Shown: positions 44,696 through 55,270 of the stretch, one piece after another
How positions within the stretch are numbered: position 1 is the stretch's first letter
Layout of the letters: the number at the start of each line of letters is the position of its first letter
NCBI GenBank assembly: GCA_021817605.1
Contig: JAKAUN010000011.1
Coordinates: 16,803 to 80,802, forward strand
Direction: 5' to 3'
Origin: Thermoplasmata archaeon
GTDB lineage: Archaea; Thermoplasmatota; Thermoplasmata; Lutacidiplasmatales; UBA184
Length of the DNA: 64,000 bases
Notes under the pieces: generated by a model
The model's input: only the letters and a program-made list of their open reading frames with translations
Told to the model about the DNA's origin: nothing
The model's database searches: none
Program-made: the position numbers and the translations under genes

Positions 44696-47600
44696 CTACG
44701 TCTTCGCTGGGGGCGTCCCGGACGACGGAGGGGACACCGCCCCGCTGGGCGGTGACGGCTCCGTTCCGGTCGGCCCGGTCTGCTCCTCGGACCACGACTG
44801 CGGGGGCGCGGCGGCGGGGGGCTTGCGACGGCGGAAGATCGCCGCCAGGGCAAAGCCGACCACGGCGAGCACCGCGAGCACCGCCACCAGGATCCAGGAG
44901 AGCGTGCTAAGGTAGGTCCACGCCGGCGCCGTGCTCTTGAACGAGACGGCGACCGAGGTCGCGTTGCCGCTCACCCGCAGCGAGCCGGCGCCGGGGGAAC
45001 CGGCGTAGCCGGACGCCGACGCGGCATACGTCCAGCTTCCGTTCACCACCGAGAACGAGATCGAGCTCGGGGCCGAGGCGTTCTGCTCTTGGCCCGCGAA
45101 GTAGACCGACCAGGTTGTCCCGTCGGGGAGCCCGCTCGAGGTGAAGGTGACCGTGTAGGTCGGGCCAATCTCCACCAACACCCTAAGGGACGAGCCGTTC
45201 AGCGTCGCGCTTCCCTTCGGCTGCGCGGTCCCGAAGCCCGAGCTCACGCCCAGCGTGAAGTTGTACGTCCCGTTCGTCTCCGTGAAGACGATGGTCGGGG
45301 TGCTCGCGGTGATCGTGTAGGCGCTCGCCGGCGGGCCGATCGTCACCGACCAGGTCCCTCCGGGTGGGAGCCCGGTCTCCTCGAAGGTGAGGTTGTAGGT
45401 CGAGGCGAAGAACCCGACGTAGCCCACCGAGACGTTCACCCCGCTGAGCCCGACGAAGAACGAACCGGCCGACGGGGTGCGGTAACCGAGCACCGGCTGA
45501 GCCTGGTAGGTGTACGTGCCGAGCGTAGGCAGCGCGAACACGAGCGCAGTCGAACTCGTGCTGAGCGAGCCGTAGTTCTGGACGACCAGCGACCAGCTGG
45601 TGTTGCTCACCAGCCCGGTCTCGAGGAACTGGACGTCCGCGGTCGCCTTGGTGAACGCCGTGTAGGTCACGCTCTTCGTGGCGTCGGCGCCGTTGACGAT
45701 GACGGTCCCGTTCGACGGGCTCACCGCGTAGCCGCTCTCGAACCCCACGCTGTAGTTGTACGTCGCGTTCGGGAGCGACGTGAAGGTGATCGAGGGGGAG
45801 GTGGAACTGACCGTATTGGGGCCCACGGTCGCCGTCCACGACGTCCCCGTCGGGAGACCCGACTCTTGGACCGTGACGTTGTAGAGTCCCTGATAGTGCA
45901 CCTGGTACCATACGACGTCGCCGCCGCCGCCGATCACGGGGTTCTCGTTGACGGAGCTCGGGTCGATCCACGGCGCGAAGCCGATCACCTCGTTGGACTG
46001 GCCGTTGTAGACGTACATCCCGAGGGCGTTCGTGATCTGCTCGATGAGGTTGTAGTCGAGGACCCGCGAGGGGCTCGCGGACAACGCACCGGCGTAGGTC
46101 ATCCAATAGGCCGTCACCCGGTAGGCGACCCCCTGGCAGGCGGAGGTGATGGTGAGGTTCTGCGCCTGGTGCACCCAGTAGGTGAGGTTGGCGTAGGCGT
46201 CGGAGACGTTGGAGAGCCCGTAGTGCCCGCAGGTCGCGTTGTTCTCGTACGGTGAGGTGTGCGCCGCGGTCGACAGCAGTTGGTAGTCGAAGGAGTCGGG
46301 CCCGGTGTAGCTACCGTCCGGCGCGGCCATCGGCGACATGTAGTCGGTCGGATCCGGGTAGTCGGGCGCCCAGCCGAACCCGACGGCGGAGGCGAGCGGG
46401 CTGGCCGCGGGTCCCACGAGCGTGTCGCTCAGGAACTGCGTGAAGGTGAGCGCGAGCGGCCAGGGCGAGAGCCGGTGGTCGCTCAGGCTGTAGATCTCCC
46501 CGGCCCAATCGTCGATCATCACGAGGTTCGCCGGAGCGCCGTTGAAGTAGCCGATCGGCCAGGTACACGGGCTGCTCGAGGTACACTTCGTGTCGATGGT
46601 CTTGTTGTAGAACGGCGAGGACGGGTCGGTGAGCTGCGCCCACCACCACGCCGCGCTGCCGGGAGAGCTCGACGGCTGGGTGGGGTCGCCGCGGAGATAC
46701 GGCCAGGAGACGTTGCTCGGGTAATAGTTGCCCATCCCGACCGGGATCGGTCCGCCGGCGTTGAACGAGTACTCGACGCCCGCGACGGTGTTGATGGTGT
46801 TCTGGATGGTCGTGTACGGATAGGCGTTGATGTAGAAGTTGCGCAGCCCGATGTCGGAGAATAGCGTGGGCGGGATCGGGTTCGCGTGCAGCGAACTCCC
46901 TGCGAACGTCGTGTTGTAGGCCGAGTAGTCCACGGCCAGATTGATCGGCGTGAACGCGGTGCTGAGCGTGGGGAACAGGTTGTACTGCCAGAGCCCCGAG
47001 GCGACGAAGCCCAAGAGAGTGGTCGTCTGCGTCGTGTAGATCCCCGCGAAGTCGGCCGTGCCGGCCTGGATCGCGTTGATCCCCAGGCTGTCGCCCTGCT
47101 GGGCGGTCTCCCAGGTGACCTGCACGTTGCCGATGTAGTGGCCCGGTGCCGGGTCGCAGTAGCCGACGTAGGTCGCGAGCCCGCCGAGGCCGGTGCAGCC
47201 CGAAGGCGCCTGGTAGGCCGGGTTCGCCGCGAGCGAGTAGCTTAGGTGAGGGGTCACCGAGGCGTAGTAGGGCCCCGAACCGACCATGCCCCACTGGACG
47301 TTCGGCTGCGTCGCCGGGTAGTTGGCGTCCAGCTTGATGAAAGAGTCCCAGGAGGTAGGAGAGAGCGAGGCAAGGTAGCTCGTCCAGGAGGTGGTGTTGG
47401 TCGCGTTCGATCCGTCGGGCAGCATGCAGGAACCGTCGCCGCCCGCCGCGTGGGTGCCGCTCCAGCCAGGGACCGAAGCGCCCTCGTGGGTGAACCACCC
47501 GCAGGGAACCACGCTTCCGCCGAGGTTGTCGGCCACGAACTGCGGGAACTCGGGCCAGTCCTGGCTCGAGCCGTTCGCGACGAAGGTGATGCAGCCGTTG

Positions 47601-48490
47601 CCGGTGATCCCGTTCATCGCCGAGGTCGGGCAGAAGCCCGAGGCGTTGACGAGCATGGAGCCGAGGACTCGGGACGGGGTGTTGTTGAACGGTGCGTGGA
47701 GCCCGCCGTCCCAGGAGGAGTTGCCGAAGGGTAGCAGCGCCTGGGCCAGGATCCAGCCCGAGGTGCGGGCGACGTAGGGATACGTCGACCAGGCGAGCGT
47801 GCGGGCGATCGAGAACATCACGTCCGACGGGTAGACCTTCCAGGATTTCCCGGTCGCCGGGTCGTAGAAGTGCGCGGCCGGATCGATGACGAACGTCCAG
47901 TAGGTGGGGTTGCCGTTGCTCCCGTTGAAGTTCTTTCCCGTCTGATTGAAGACGCCGGTGAAGCCCGTGCCGTAGTCGGTGGCGCACTGCGCTCCCTGAA
48001 GGGGAACGCAGGTGGCCAGCGTCGGGACCATCGAGGCGGTACTGGTCCCGTTGTAGCTCACGAGCGTCTCGTACACGTTGAGAATGACCTCGTAGCTGGT
48101 CGTGTCGTAAGCGATGGCCGGGTCCTCGCTCGTGGCCCCGCCGGGGACCGGCTCGTAGACTTGCAACGTGCCGGGGTGGGGACCCGAAGCCGCGAACGGC
48201 CCGGAGGCCTTCGGCGAAGCGGAGGCCGCGGGAGCTGCGCTCGGTGTCGCGGCGGCGACGCTCGGCGATGCGGGACCGACGGACGGCCCGGTCGCGGTCG
48301 TAGAGGCCGTCGCGGGCGACGGAGCGGTCGCGTGCAGCCAAGTGAGGCCCCCCGCGAATCCGCTGAGGGCCATCATGGCGACCACGAGGACCGCCCAAGG
48401 TCCCTTGTTCCACTGCTTCTGCTTCACTTCCTTTCCAACTCCTTTGATCGAGGGTTTGGCATGCCCCTCCCCTGTGCCCTCGATCGTCAC
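44696..48490 (-). CDS. Giant (1264 aa) ABC-transporter substrate-binding protein, family 5 (Opp/Dpp/Nik type), with four C-terminal repeat modules and a C-terminal TM anchor
   Basis: N-terminal anchor PWAVLVVAMMALSGFAGGL and the SBP5 core GGATSEDPAIAYDTTSYEVILNVYETL are present. Repeats and the anchor LSWILVAVLAVLAVVGFALAAIFRRRK follow. It is divergent from the permease/ATPase genes. Confidence 0.85.
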   Translation of the reverse strand: MTIEGTGEGHAKPSIKGVGKEVKQKQWNKGPWAVLVVAMMALSGFAGGLTWLHATAPSPATASTTATGPSVGPASPSVAAATPSAAPAASASPKASGPFAASGPHPGTLQVYEPVPGGATSEDPAIAYDTTSYEVILNVYETLVSYNGTSTASMVPTLATCVPLQGAQCATDYGTGFTGVFNQTGKNFNGSNGNPTYWTFVIDPAAHFYDPATGKSWKVYPSDVMFSIARTLAWSTYPYVARTSGWILAQALLPFGNSSWDGGLHAPFNNTPSRVLGSMLVNASGFCPTSAMNGITGNGCITFVANGSSQDWPEFPQFVADNLGGSVVPCGWFTHEGASVPGWSGTHAAGGDGSCMLPDGSNATNTTSWTSYLASLSPTSWDSFIKLDANYPATQPNVQWGMVGSGPYYASVTPHLSYSLAANPAYQAPSGCTGLGGLATYVGYCDPAPGHYIGNVQVTWETAQQGDSLGINAIQAGTADFAGIYTTQTTTLLGFVASGLWQYNLFPTLSTAFTPINLAVDYSAYNTTFAGSSLHANPIPPTLFSDIGLRNFYINAYPYTTIQNTINTVAGVEYSFNAGGPIPVGMGNYYPSNVSWPYLRGDPTQPSSSPGSAAWWWAQLTDPSSPFYNKTIDTKCTSSSPCTWPIGYFNGAPANLVMIDDWAGEIYSLSDHRLSPWPLALTFTQFLSDTLVGPAASPLASAVGFGWAPDYPDPTDYMSPMAAPDGSYTGPDSFDYQLLSTAAHTSPYENNATCGHYGLSNVSDAYANLTYWVHQAQNLTITSACQGVAYRVTAYWMTYAGALSASPSRVLDYNLIEQITNALGMYVYNGQSNEVIGFAPWIDPSSVNENPVIGGGGDVVWYQVHYQGLYNVTVQESGLPTGTSWTATVGPNTVSSTSPSITFTSLPNATYNYSVGFESGYAVSPSNGTVIVNGADATKSVTYTAFTKATADVQFLETGLVSNTSWSLVVQNYGSLSTSSTALVFALPTLGTYTYQAQPVLGYRTPSAGSFFVGLSGVNVSVGYVGFFASTYNLTFEETGLPPGGTWSVTIGPPASAYTITASTPTIVFTETNGTYNFTLGVSSGFGTAQPKGSATLNGSSLRVLVEIGPTYTVTFTSSGLPDGTTWSVYFAGQEQNASAPSSISFSVVNGSWTYAASASGYAGSPGAGSLRVSGNATSVAVSFKSTAPAWTYLSTLSWILVAVLAVLAVVGFALAAIFRRRKPPAAAPPQSWSEEQTGPTGTEPSPPSGAVSPPSSGTPPAKT
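44936..45886 (-). repeat. Four tandem repeats of about 75 aa, each a (S/T)GLPxGTxW-type beta-sandwich module, inside the SBP gene
   Basis: YNVTVQESGLPTGTSWTATVG; DVQFLETGLVSNTSWSLVV; YNLTFEETGLPPGGTWSVTIG; YTVTFTSSGLPDGTTWSVYFAG. Each is followed by a (T/S)Y(N/T)(Y/F) strand. Confidence 0.7.
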
Positions 48491-48626
48491 CAGATGGTTT
48501 TCAGCAGTTTTAGTCTTTCGTAATACCCAGCCAACGTGCCTGAGGGTTCCGCACGTTCAGCGGTCGACCCTAAGCTACCTCGAACCCTATACGGACTTCC
48601 CGGCATACCGGGTAGGGAACGCAACC

Positions 48627-49916
48627 GTGCGGATCACCACCTACATCGCGCGCCGGGCGCTGCTCGTGCCGCCGGTGCTCATCGGGGTCGTGACGATCAC
48701 CTTCGTGCTCTTCACCGCGCTGCCGGTCTCCGATCAGCTCATCGCCCACTACGGGAGCCCGTCGCCGAAGCAGAGGTGCGGCTACCAGGAGACGTGCAGC
48801 TGCGCGACGCTCAACCCGACCTCGGTGGTCGGCGACACCTGCTACTGCATCTCCCCTCCGACCAAGGTGACCCCCACCGATCAATGCGTCAATCCGGTCT
48901 ATCGCGAGTACTACGACCGGCTAGGGCTGAACCAGCCGGTCGTCGTGCAGTGGGCGACGTACCTCTATCGGACCTTCACCCTGCACTGGGGTACCGTTTC
49001 CAACCACAGCACGGTCGCCCAGGTCTACCCGCAGCTCCAGGGGGTTCCCGTGGTGACGGCGATCGCCTGGGAGCTCCCCTACACCCTCGAGCTCGCTCTC
49101 CTCTCGCTCTGGGTCATCCTCACGCTCGCGATCCCGCTCGGCAACGCCTCGGCGGTCTACCGCAATAGGCCGGTCGACCAGGGCTCCCGCGTCCTCTCCT
49201 TCTCCGGCTTTGCGCTCCCCGCCTTCCTGTTAGGCAACCTCCTCGTCCTCGGGGTGATCCTCCTCCTCCTACCCCACACCGGTCCGCTGGTGAAATCCCC
49301 CTGGTGCCCCTCCGGAGAACCGATCGCCGAGGAGTTCACCTACTCGCTCCCGCAGGCGAGGTCCTGCTACGCCGCTCTCCCGTTCGGGGCGGCGTTCCCG
49401 ACCTGGGTGGCCAACGGCGTCCACTCCACCCCGACCGGTCTTTTCACGGTCGACGCGCTCATCCATCACGACCCGTGGCTCGCCCTCGACTCGCTCCTCC
49501 GCATCGTGGTCCCCGCGCTGGTCGTCGCTTACGGGTCCGTGGCGATCCTGCTTAGGTTCGTGCGCAACAGCATGCTCGAGGTGATGAATCTCGACTACAT
49601 CCGCACCGCGCGGGCCGGGGGAGTTCCCGAGGCCACCGTGGTGAGGCGCCACGCCGGCCGCAATTCCATGAACGTCACCATCACCGTCTTAGGGCTCACC
49701 TTCGCGGCGTTCTTGGGAGGGTTCCCGGTCATCGAGGCCGTCTTCCACCTCAACGGCATCGGCGAGCTCCTCGCCGTAGCGGCGAACCCGAGCCAGGCGC
49801 TCGACTTTGGGGTGATCTTCGGCTCGACGGTCCTCTTCTGCCTCATCATCGTCAGCGCGAACCTCATCGTCGACGTCCTGTACGCCTACCTGGACCCGAG
49901 GGTCCGGCTAGGGTAG
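48627..49916 (+). CDS. ABC transporter permease (OppB/DppB type) with a Cys-rich extracytoplasmic insertion
   Basis: The GTG at 48627 gives VRITTYIARRALLVPPVLIGVV. The EAA-type loop is LDYIRTARAGGVPEATVVRRHAGRNS. Confidence 0.85.
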   Translation: MRITTYIARRALLVPPVLIGVVTITFVLFTALPVSDQLIAHYGSPSPKQRCGYQETCSCATLNPTSVVGDTCYCISPPTKVTPTDQCVNPVYREYYDRLGLNQPVVVQWATYLYRTFTLHWGTVSNHSTVAQVYPQLQGVPVVTAIAWELPYTLELALLSLWVILTLAIPLGNASAVYRNRPVDQGSRVLSFSGFALPAFLLGNLLVLGVILLLLPHTGPLVKSPWCPSGEPIAEEFTYSLPQARSCYAALPFGAAFPTWVANGVHSTPTGLFTVDALIHHDPWLALDSLLRIVVPALVVAYGSVAILLRFVRNSMLEVMNLDYIRTARAGGVPEATVVRRHAGRNSMNVTITVLGLTFAAFLGGFPVIEAVFHLNGIGELLAVAANPSQALDFGVIFGSTVLFCLIIVSANLIVDVLYAYLDPRVRLG

Positions 49917-49922
49917 GTCGCC

Positions 49923-51128
49923 ATGACGCTCCCCCCCTCGCCGGCACCCAAGCGACGAAGGGGAAAGCCGCACCCGCAGCTCGAGCAGCTGGAGCGGACC
50001 TGGTACTTCTTCCGGCGCAACACCCTCGGGCTGGTCGGCCTCGGGATCATCCTCTCGATCACCGGCGTCGCGATCTACGCGACCGCGCTTCCCCTCCCCT
50101 GGACGAGCGTGCCGATCTGGTGCGCTACCGAATACGGACCGTCCAACGCGGCCTCGGGCTACCCGCACAACTTCGTGATGGACTGCCCGTCGACCGGCCC
50201 GGTGGTCTGCACCTACGAGCAGAGCCCCCCCCCGAACGCGGCCAGTTTCTGCGGGGACCATTGGTACAAGACTCCGGTGGTCTCGAACATCCCGTTCCCG
50301 TCCGTCATCGCCCCGACCCTCACCCTGTCGCCGTACTCCTCGGGTCCCTTGCCGCTGGGCGGGCTCACCGTGTCGTCCGGGTCACGCACGCCGATCTACG
50401 ACATCTCCGGGCTCATCGCGCGAGGCGCCGACTGGTCGCTTCTCTTCTCGGTCTCGATCGTCGGCATCGGGGCGGCCGCCGGGCTCATGATCGGCGCGAT
50501 CGCCGGCTTCTACGGCGGCCTGCTCGACGACGTCCTGATGCGGATCGTCGACGTCTTCCTCTCGATCCCCACGATCCTGTTCGTCATCGTCGTGGTCGCT
50601 GTCGTCTCCGCCAACTTACCGGCGGCCGGCGGCGACGTCTGGGTGAAGGTCATCGCCCTCATCCTCGGCTTCTCGGTCGTCTGGTGGCCGTTCTACGCCC
50701 GTATCGTCCGCGGGCAGGTGCTCAGCGTGCGGGAGCAGAAGTTCGTCGAGGCGGCGTTCGCCTCGGGAGCTCCCCGACGTAGGATCCTCCTCCGGCACAT
50801 CATCCCCAACAGCGTCTATCCCATCTTCATCCAGTTCTCGCTGGACGTGGGGACGATTCCCCTCCTCATCGGCGCGCTCGTCTTCCTCGGGTTCGGCACG
50901 ATGCTCTTTCCGTCGGTGCCGTTCCCGGAGTGGGGATCGCTCTCCGCCCTGTCGGTCCAGGACCTCCAGGGGGACTTCATGGTGTCGTGCACCACCCCGG
51001 CGACCGGCTGCGTCATCCCCTGGTGGCAGCTGGTCTTTCCGGGCTTGGCCCTCTTCTTCTATGCCCTCAGCGTGAACCTCCTCTCGGACGGCCTCCGCGA
51101 CGCCCTCGACCCGAGGCTCCGCCGATGA
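49923..51128 (+). CDS. ABC transporter permease (OppC/DppC type) with a Cys-rich extracytoplasmic insertion
   Basis: FVEAAFASGAPRRRILLRHIIPNSVYPIFIQ is present. The first periplasmic-side loop is about 130 aa and contains 4 Cys. Confidence 0.85.
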   Translation: MTLPPSPAPKRRRGKPHPQLEQLERTWYFFRRNTLGLVGLGIILSITGVAIYATALPLPWTSVPIWCATEYGPSNAASGYPHNFVMDCPSTGPVVCTYEQSPPPNAASFCGDHWYKTPVVSNIPFPSVIAPTLTLSPYSSGPLPLGGLTVSSGSRTPIYDISGLIARGADWSLLFSVSIVGIGAAAGLMIGAIAGFYGGLLDDVLMRIVDVFLSIPTILFVIVVVAVVSANLPAAGGDVWVKVIALILGFSVVWWPFYARIVRGQVLSVREQKFVEAAFASGAPRRRILLRHIIPNSVYPIFIQFSLDVGTIPLLIGALVFLGFGTMLFPSVPFPEWGSLSALSVQDLQGDFMVSCTTPATGCVIPWWQLVFPGLALFFYALSVNLLSDGLRDALDPRLRR

Positions 51129-52822
51129 GCGCCGCCGCGCAGGCGCCGCCGCGGTTCCCACCCGTGGGTCCCACCGAGGCACCTGTCGATGCGTCCCTGG
51201 GGAGCGTTCCCTCCGCCGCCCCACAAGAGCCCGCGGCTCCCTCCCCAGCGGCGGAAGTCGTGCTCGAGGTGCGCGACCTGCGGACGTTCTTCTTCACCTA
51301 CGAAGGGGTCGTCAAGGCGCTGGACGGGGTCTCCTTCCAGCTCCGCCGGGGGGAGACGACCGGGCTGGTCGGCGAGACCGGCTGCGGAAAGAGCGTCACC
51401 GCGCTCTCCATCACCCGCCTGGTCGCCGACCCGCCCGGACGCATCTTCCACGGGCAGGTCCTGCTCCGGGGGGCGGACCTGTTGCGGGGCCTCGAAACCG
51501 AGGCGAAGTACAAGCCGGTGCGGAGGAGCCTGAGGGTCCGGGTGCGGCGGCGCTTCTACAGGATCCGCCGGGCCAACGCGCGGATGGAAGCGGTCCGCGG
51601 GCGTCACATCGCGATGATCTTCCAGGAGCCGTCGCAGGCGCTCAACCCGGTCTTCTCGATCGCCAACCAGGTCTCGGAGATCGTCCTGCTGCACCACGGC
51701 GCCGAGGTCATCGACGCCATGCTCGCGGCAACGCCGGACGCTCCCGGGGTCGCCCCGGCGGTCGCGAAGCTCCTGGAGCTCCCCGAGGCCGAGGCGACCG
51801 AGGCGCACCGCCGGGCCACGGCGGAGCTCGCCGAGGCAGCGCACAGCCCGAGCCTCGGGACGGAGGCCTACTACATCGTTCGGGGCAGCGGCTCGAGCGC
51901 GAACAAGAAGCGGCACCTGGAGGAGGCGCTCGCCCGCCGTCGGCTCCGCCCTCTCCAGCGACGCTACCTGCGCTACCGCCGTGGGCTGCTCGGCCTGACC
52001 GCCCGCCTCCACGACGCCTACCTCGCCGAGCTCCGCCTCCCCCCGACGCCGTCGAGGGGACAGCTTCCCCCGCCCGGCCCGCCCGCTCCCGAGAAGCCCG
52101 CCGGTAGGGCACGGGGGACCGAGTTCTCCCTCAAGAGCCGACTACGCGTCGCCGAGCTCGCGCACTTCTATTACGGCCTGCCGGGCCTCCTACGGTGGGT
52201 CCGCCGCCCCCTGGACGACGAGCTGCTCTGGCGGGTCGTCCGGCTGCTCGAGGGGGTCCGGATCGCCAACCCCGTGCAGGTCGCCCGGGGCTACCCCCAC
52301 GAACTCTCCGGAGGGATGATCCAGCGGGTGATGATCGCCATGGCGCTCTCCGGTGAGCCCGAGGTGCTCCTCGCGGACGAGCCGACCACGGCGCTGGACG
52401 TGACGATCCAGGCCCAGATCCTCCAGCTCCTGGACGAGCTGCGCCACCGGGTCGGCACGGCGATCCTGCTGATCACCCACGACCTCGGGGTCATCGCCGA
52501 GGTGGCCGACCGGGTGTGCGTGATGTACGCCGGCCGCGTCGTCGAGGAAGGACCCGTGCGGGAGGTCTTCCGAACCCCCCTGCACCCGTACACCCAGGGG
52601 CTTCTCGGCTCGGTGCCGCGGGTCGACAAGCCGGAAAAGGAGCTCCGCTCGATCCAAGGGAGCGTCCCCGACCTCATCGAGCCGCCGACCGGCTGCCGCT
52701 TCCACCCGCGATGCCCCCAGGCGATGCCGGTCTGCCAGGGCAAGACCCCGCCTTGGACCCTGGAAGGGCCCGAGCACCGCGTCGCTTGCTATTTATATCA
52801 CGGGACTAGGGTTGTGGGATAG
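51125..52822 (+). CDS. ABC transporter ATP-binding protein (OppD type), enlarged to about 565 aa
   Basis: ATGA overlaps the permease stop. Walker [11 protein letters not shown]-loop IFQEP, signature LSGGMIQR, Walker [12 protein letters not shown] and the C-terminal oligopeptide-type CRFHPRCP are present. Confidence 0.88.
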   Translation: MSAAAQAPPRFPPVGPTEAPVDASLGSVPSAAPQEPAAPSPAAEVVLEVRDLRTFFFTYEGVVKALDGVSFQLRRGETTGLVGETGCGKSVTALSITRLVADPPGRIFHGQVLLRGADLLRGLETEAKYKPVRRSLRVRVRRRFYRIRRANARMEAVRGRHIAMIFQEPSQALNPVFSIANQVSEIVLLHHGAEVIDAMLAATPDAPGVAPAVAKLLELPEAEATEAHRRATAELAEAAHSPSLGTEAYYIVRGSGSSANKKRHLEEALARRRLRPLQRRYLRYRRGLLGLTARLHDAYLAELRLPPTPSRGQLPPPGPPAPEKPAGRARGTEFSLKSRLRVAELAHFYYGLPGLLRWVRRPLDDELLWRVVRLLEGVRIANPVQVARGYPHELSGGMIQRVMIAMALSGEPEVLLADEPTTALDVTIQAQILQLLDELRHRVGTAILLITHDLGVIAEVADRVCVMYAGRVVEEGPVREVFRTPLHPYTQGLLGSVPRVDKPEKELRSIQGSVPDLIEPPTGCRFHPRCPQAMPVCQGKTPPWTLEGPEHRVACYLYHGTRVVG

Positions 52823-52833
52823 GGGGGGCGACC

Positions 52834-54048
52834 GTGGCGACGGACGGGGCACCGGTGGTTCTCGCCGCGCGCAACGTCCGCAAGTTCTTCCCCATCCGCG
52901 GCGGCCTGTTCTCGAGCCATATCGGCGACGTGCGGGCGGTCGACGGAGTGAGCTTCGACGTTCGCGAAGGCGAGACGGTAGGGCTCGTCGGGGAGTCCGG
53001 CTGCGGCAAGACGACGGTCGGCCGCATGCTGCTCCGTCTCATCGAGCCGTCGAGCGGGCACGCCTACTACCGGTTGCCACCGGAGCTCCACGCGCGGCTC
53101 GACCAGCTCTACGCCACCGCGGGGGGAGGCCCGGGCAGCGCCACGGAGGAGAACGGCCACGCCGCAACACCCGAGGCCCGGGAAGCGCTCCGCGAGCTCG
53201 ACCAGATCGCCACCAGCTACTCGCTCTACCGCAAGGGCGGCCACGCGATGCGGGAGCTCCGCGGCAAGCTCCAGATCGTCTTCCAGGACCCGTTCAGCTC
53301 GCTCTCCCCACGGATGCTCGTGCGGGACATCATCGCCGAACCGCTGACGATCCACGGCGTCGGCAGCCGCGCCGAGCGTCGGCGTCGGGTCAGCGAGCTG
53401 CTGCGGGACGTCGGGCTCAACCCCGAGCACGAGTGGCGGTTCCCCCACGAGTTCTCCGGCGGCCAGCGCCAGCGCATCGGGATCGCGCGGGCCCTCGCCC
53501 TGCGGCCGGAGTTCATCGTGCTCGACGAGCCGACCAGCGCGCTGGACGTCTCGGTGCAGGCGCAGATCCTCAACATCCTGCGTCGTCTCCAGCAGGAGCA
53601 GCGGCTCGCCTACCTGTTCATCTCGCATCACCTCTCGGTCGTCCGGGCGATGAGCCAGAAGGTCGTCGTGATGTACCTCGGCAAGGTCGTCGAGCACGCT
53701 CCGACCGAGGAGCTCTTCTCTCGGCCGCTGCACCCCTACACCCAGGCGCTCCTCTCGGCGATCCCGATCCCCGACCCGGAACTCAAGCGCGAGCGCATCG
53801 TCCTCCAGGGGGACGTGCCGAGCCCCGCGGCCCCGCCGCCGGGCTGCCACTTCCACACCCGTTGCCCGGCGGTGATGCCGGTCTGCTCGAAGGTCGAACC
53901 GCCGCTCCTCGAGGTCCGCCCGAGCCACATCGTCGCCTGCCACCTCTACCCCGTCGCCTGGAACGAGCCGACAGGTCAGCCCGCCGAGGCGGGGACCCCC
54001 CTCGCGATGGCCGGCGAGTCGCCCCTCCCGGACGCTCCGGCGGCGTAG
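52834..54048 (+). CDS. ABC transporter ATP-binding protein (OppF type), enlarged to about 404 aa
   Basis: [37 protein letters not shown] and CHFHTRCP are present. Confidence 0.88.
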   Translation: MATDGAPVVLAARNVRKFFPIRGGLFSSHIGDVRAVDGVSFDVREGETVGLVGESGCGKTTVGRMLLRLIEPSSGHAYYRLPPELHARLDQLYATAGGGPGSATEENGHAATPEAREALRELDQIATSYSLYRKGGHAMRELRGKLQIVFQDPFSSLSPRMLVRDIIAEPLTIHGVGSRAERRRRVSELLRDVGLNPEHEWRFPHEFSGGQRQRIGIARALALRPEFIVLDEPTSALDVSVQAQILNILRRLQQEQRLAYLFISHHLSVVRAMSQKVVVMYLGKVVEHAPTEELFSRPLHPYTQALLSAIPIPDPELKRERIVLQGDVPSPAAPPPGCHFHTRCPAVMPVCSKVEPPLLEVRPSHIVACHLYPVAWNEPTGQPAEAGTPLAMAGESPLPDAPAA

Positions 54049-54067
54049 GCGGTTCCACGGGGGAACG

Positions 54068-54526
54068 GTGTCCGGAAAGAAGCGCCGGCAAGAGCTCACG
54101 CCCGAGGAGGAGGACGCCTACGAGGCCGGTCTCGCGCGCGTCGCCGAGGAGAAGCACCAGGCGCTCCTCGAGCCCGGCCCGTCCTGGAAGATCTGGTTCC
54201 TCTACGACCACGCCCGATGGTGGATGGCCCTGCTCTTCCTGATCGTGGACGCCTGGATCATCACCTACTTCGTCGAACCGATCGACCTCGTCGGGCTTCT
54301 GCTGGCCCTGGGGGCCACCCTCTATCTCGAGTTCCTCGTCTACAGCTATTTCTGGCATCGGCCGTCGTCCGACGGGGGTGCCTCCATGGGGAAGTTCCGG
54401 CGGCGCTGGTACCGCCCGGTTCGCTACGGTCGCTGGACGTCGGAGGCGGAGCGCGCCCGGCACCAGCGCTCGGGGAGCAGCCCGGGGATCACCCCGGGGG
54501 CCCCCGACCCCCAGGAGTTCCTGTAG
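54068..54526 (+). CDS. Hypothetical 2-TM membrane protein trailing the ABC operon
   Basis: WWMALLFLIVDAWIITYFV and LVGLLLALGATLYLEFLVYSYFW, with charged termini. Confidence 0.5.
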   Translation: MSGKKRRQELTPEEEDAYEAGLARVAEEKHQALLEPGPSWKIWFLYDHARWWMALLFLIVDAWIITYFVEPIDLVGLLLALGATLYLEFLVYSYFWHRPSSDGGASMGKFRRRWYRPVRYGRWTSEAERARHQRSGSSPGITPGAPDPQEFL

Positions 54527-54580
54527 CGGCGACCGGACCGGCGGCCCGCGCTCAAATACGGACGCTCCGCTCCCCCCGCC

Positions 54581-55270
54581 GTGCCGGCCCGCAGGCTCCG
54601 TCTCGCCCCGTCCCTCCTGAGCGCGGATTTCGCCGACCTCGCCGGGGCGATCCGCGCGGTCGAGGCGGCAGGGGCGGATGCGCTCCACCTCGACGTGATG
54701 GACGGCCACTTCGTTCCGAACATCTCCTTCGGGCCGGCCCTCGTCTCCGCCGTGCGCGCGCGCACGAAGCTCCCGCTCGACCTCCACCTCATGATCGAAC
54801 GTCCGCTCCGCTACCTCGAGTCGTTCCGTCAGGCGGGGGGGGACACCCTGGTCTTCCACCTGGAGGCCAAGGACGACCCGCGCGAGGTCGTCCGCGCGGC
54901 GCACCGCCTCGGCGGCCAGGTCGGGGCGGCGCTTCGGCCCGGCACGCCGTTCGCCGAGGTCGAGCCGCTCGCCGAGGAGCTCGACCAGATCCTCGTCATG
55001 AGCGTCCACCCTGGCTTCTCCGGCCAGAAGTTCCTCGCCGACGTCCTGCCGAAGGTCGCCTCGGCCCGCGCGCTCGTCGATCGGCTGGGTGGGACGGCGG
55101 ACGTCTCGATCGACGGAGGGGTGACGGACGTCGCGGCCGTCGAGGCGGCCCGGGCCGGCGCGACGTTCTTCGTCTGCGGCAACTCGGTCTTCGGCGAGGG
55201 GTCCGTCCCCGAGAACCTGCGCAAGCTCAGGGTCGCCGTGGAGGACGGCGCGGCACGTGCGGTTCGCTGA
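54581..55270 (+). CDS. rpe: Ribulose-phosphate 3-epimerase
   Basis: APSLLSADF, HLDVMDGHFVPN, MSVHPGFSGQKF and DGG are present. Confidence 0.9.
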   Translation: MPARRLRLAPSLLSADFADLAGAIRAVEAAGADALHLDVMDGHFVPNISFGPALVSAVRARTKLPLDLHLMIERPLRYLESFRQAGGDTLVFHLEAKDDPREVVRAAHRLGGQVGAALRPGTPFAEVEPLAEELDQILVMSVHPGFSGQKFLADVLPKVASARALVDRLGGTADVSIDGGVTDVAAVEAARAGATFFVCGNSVFGEGSVPENLRKLRVAVEDGAARAVR

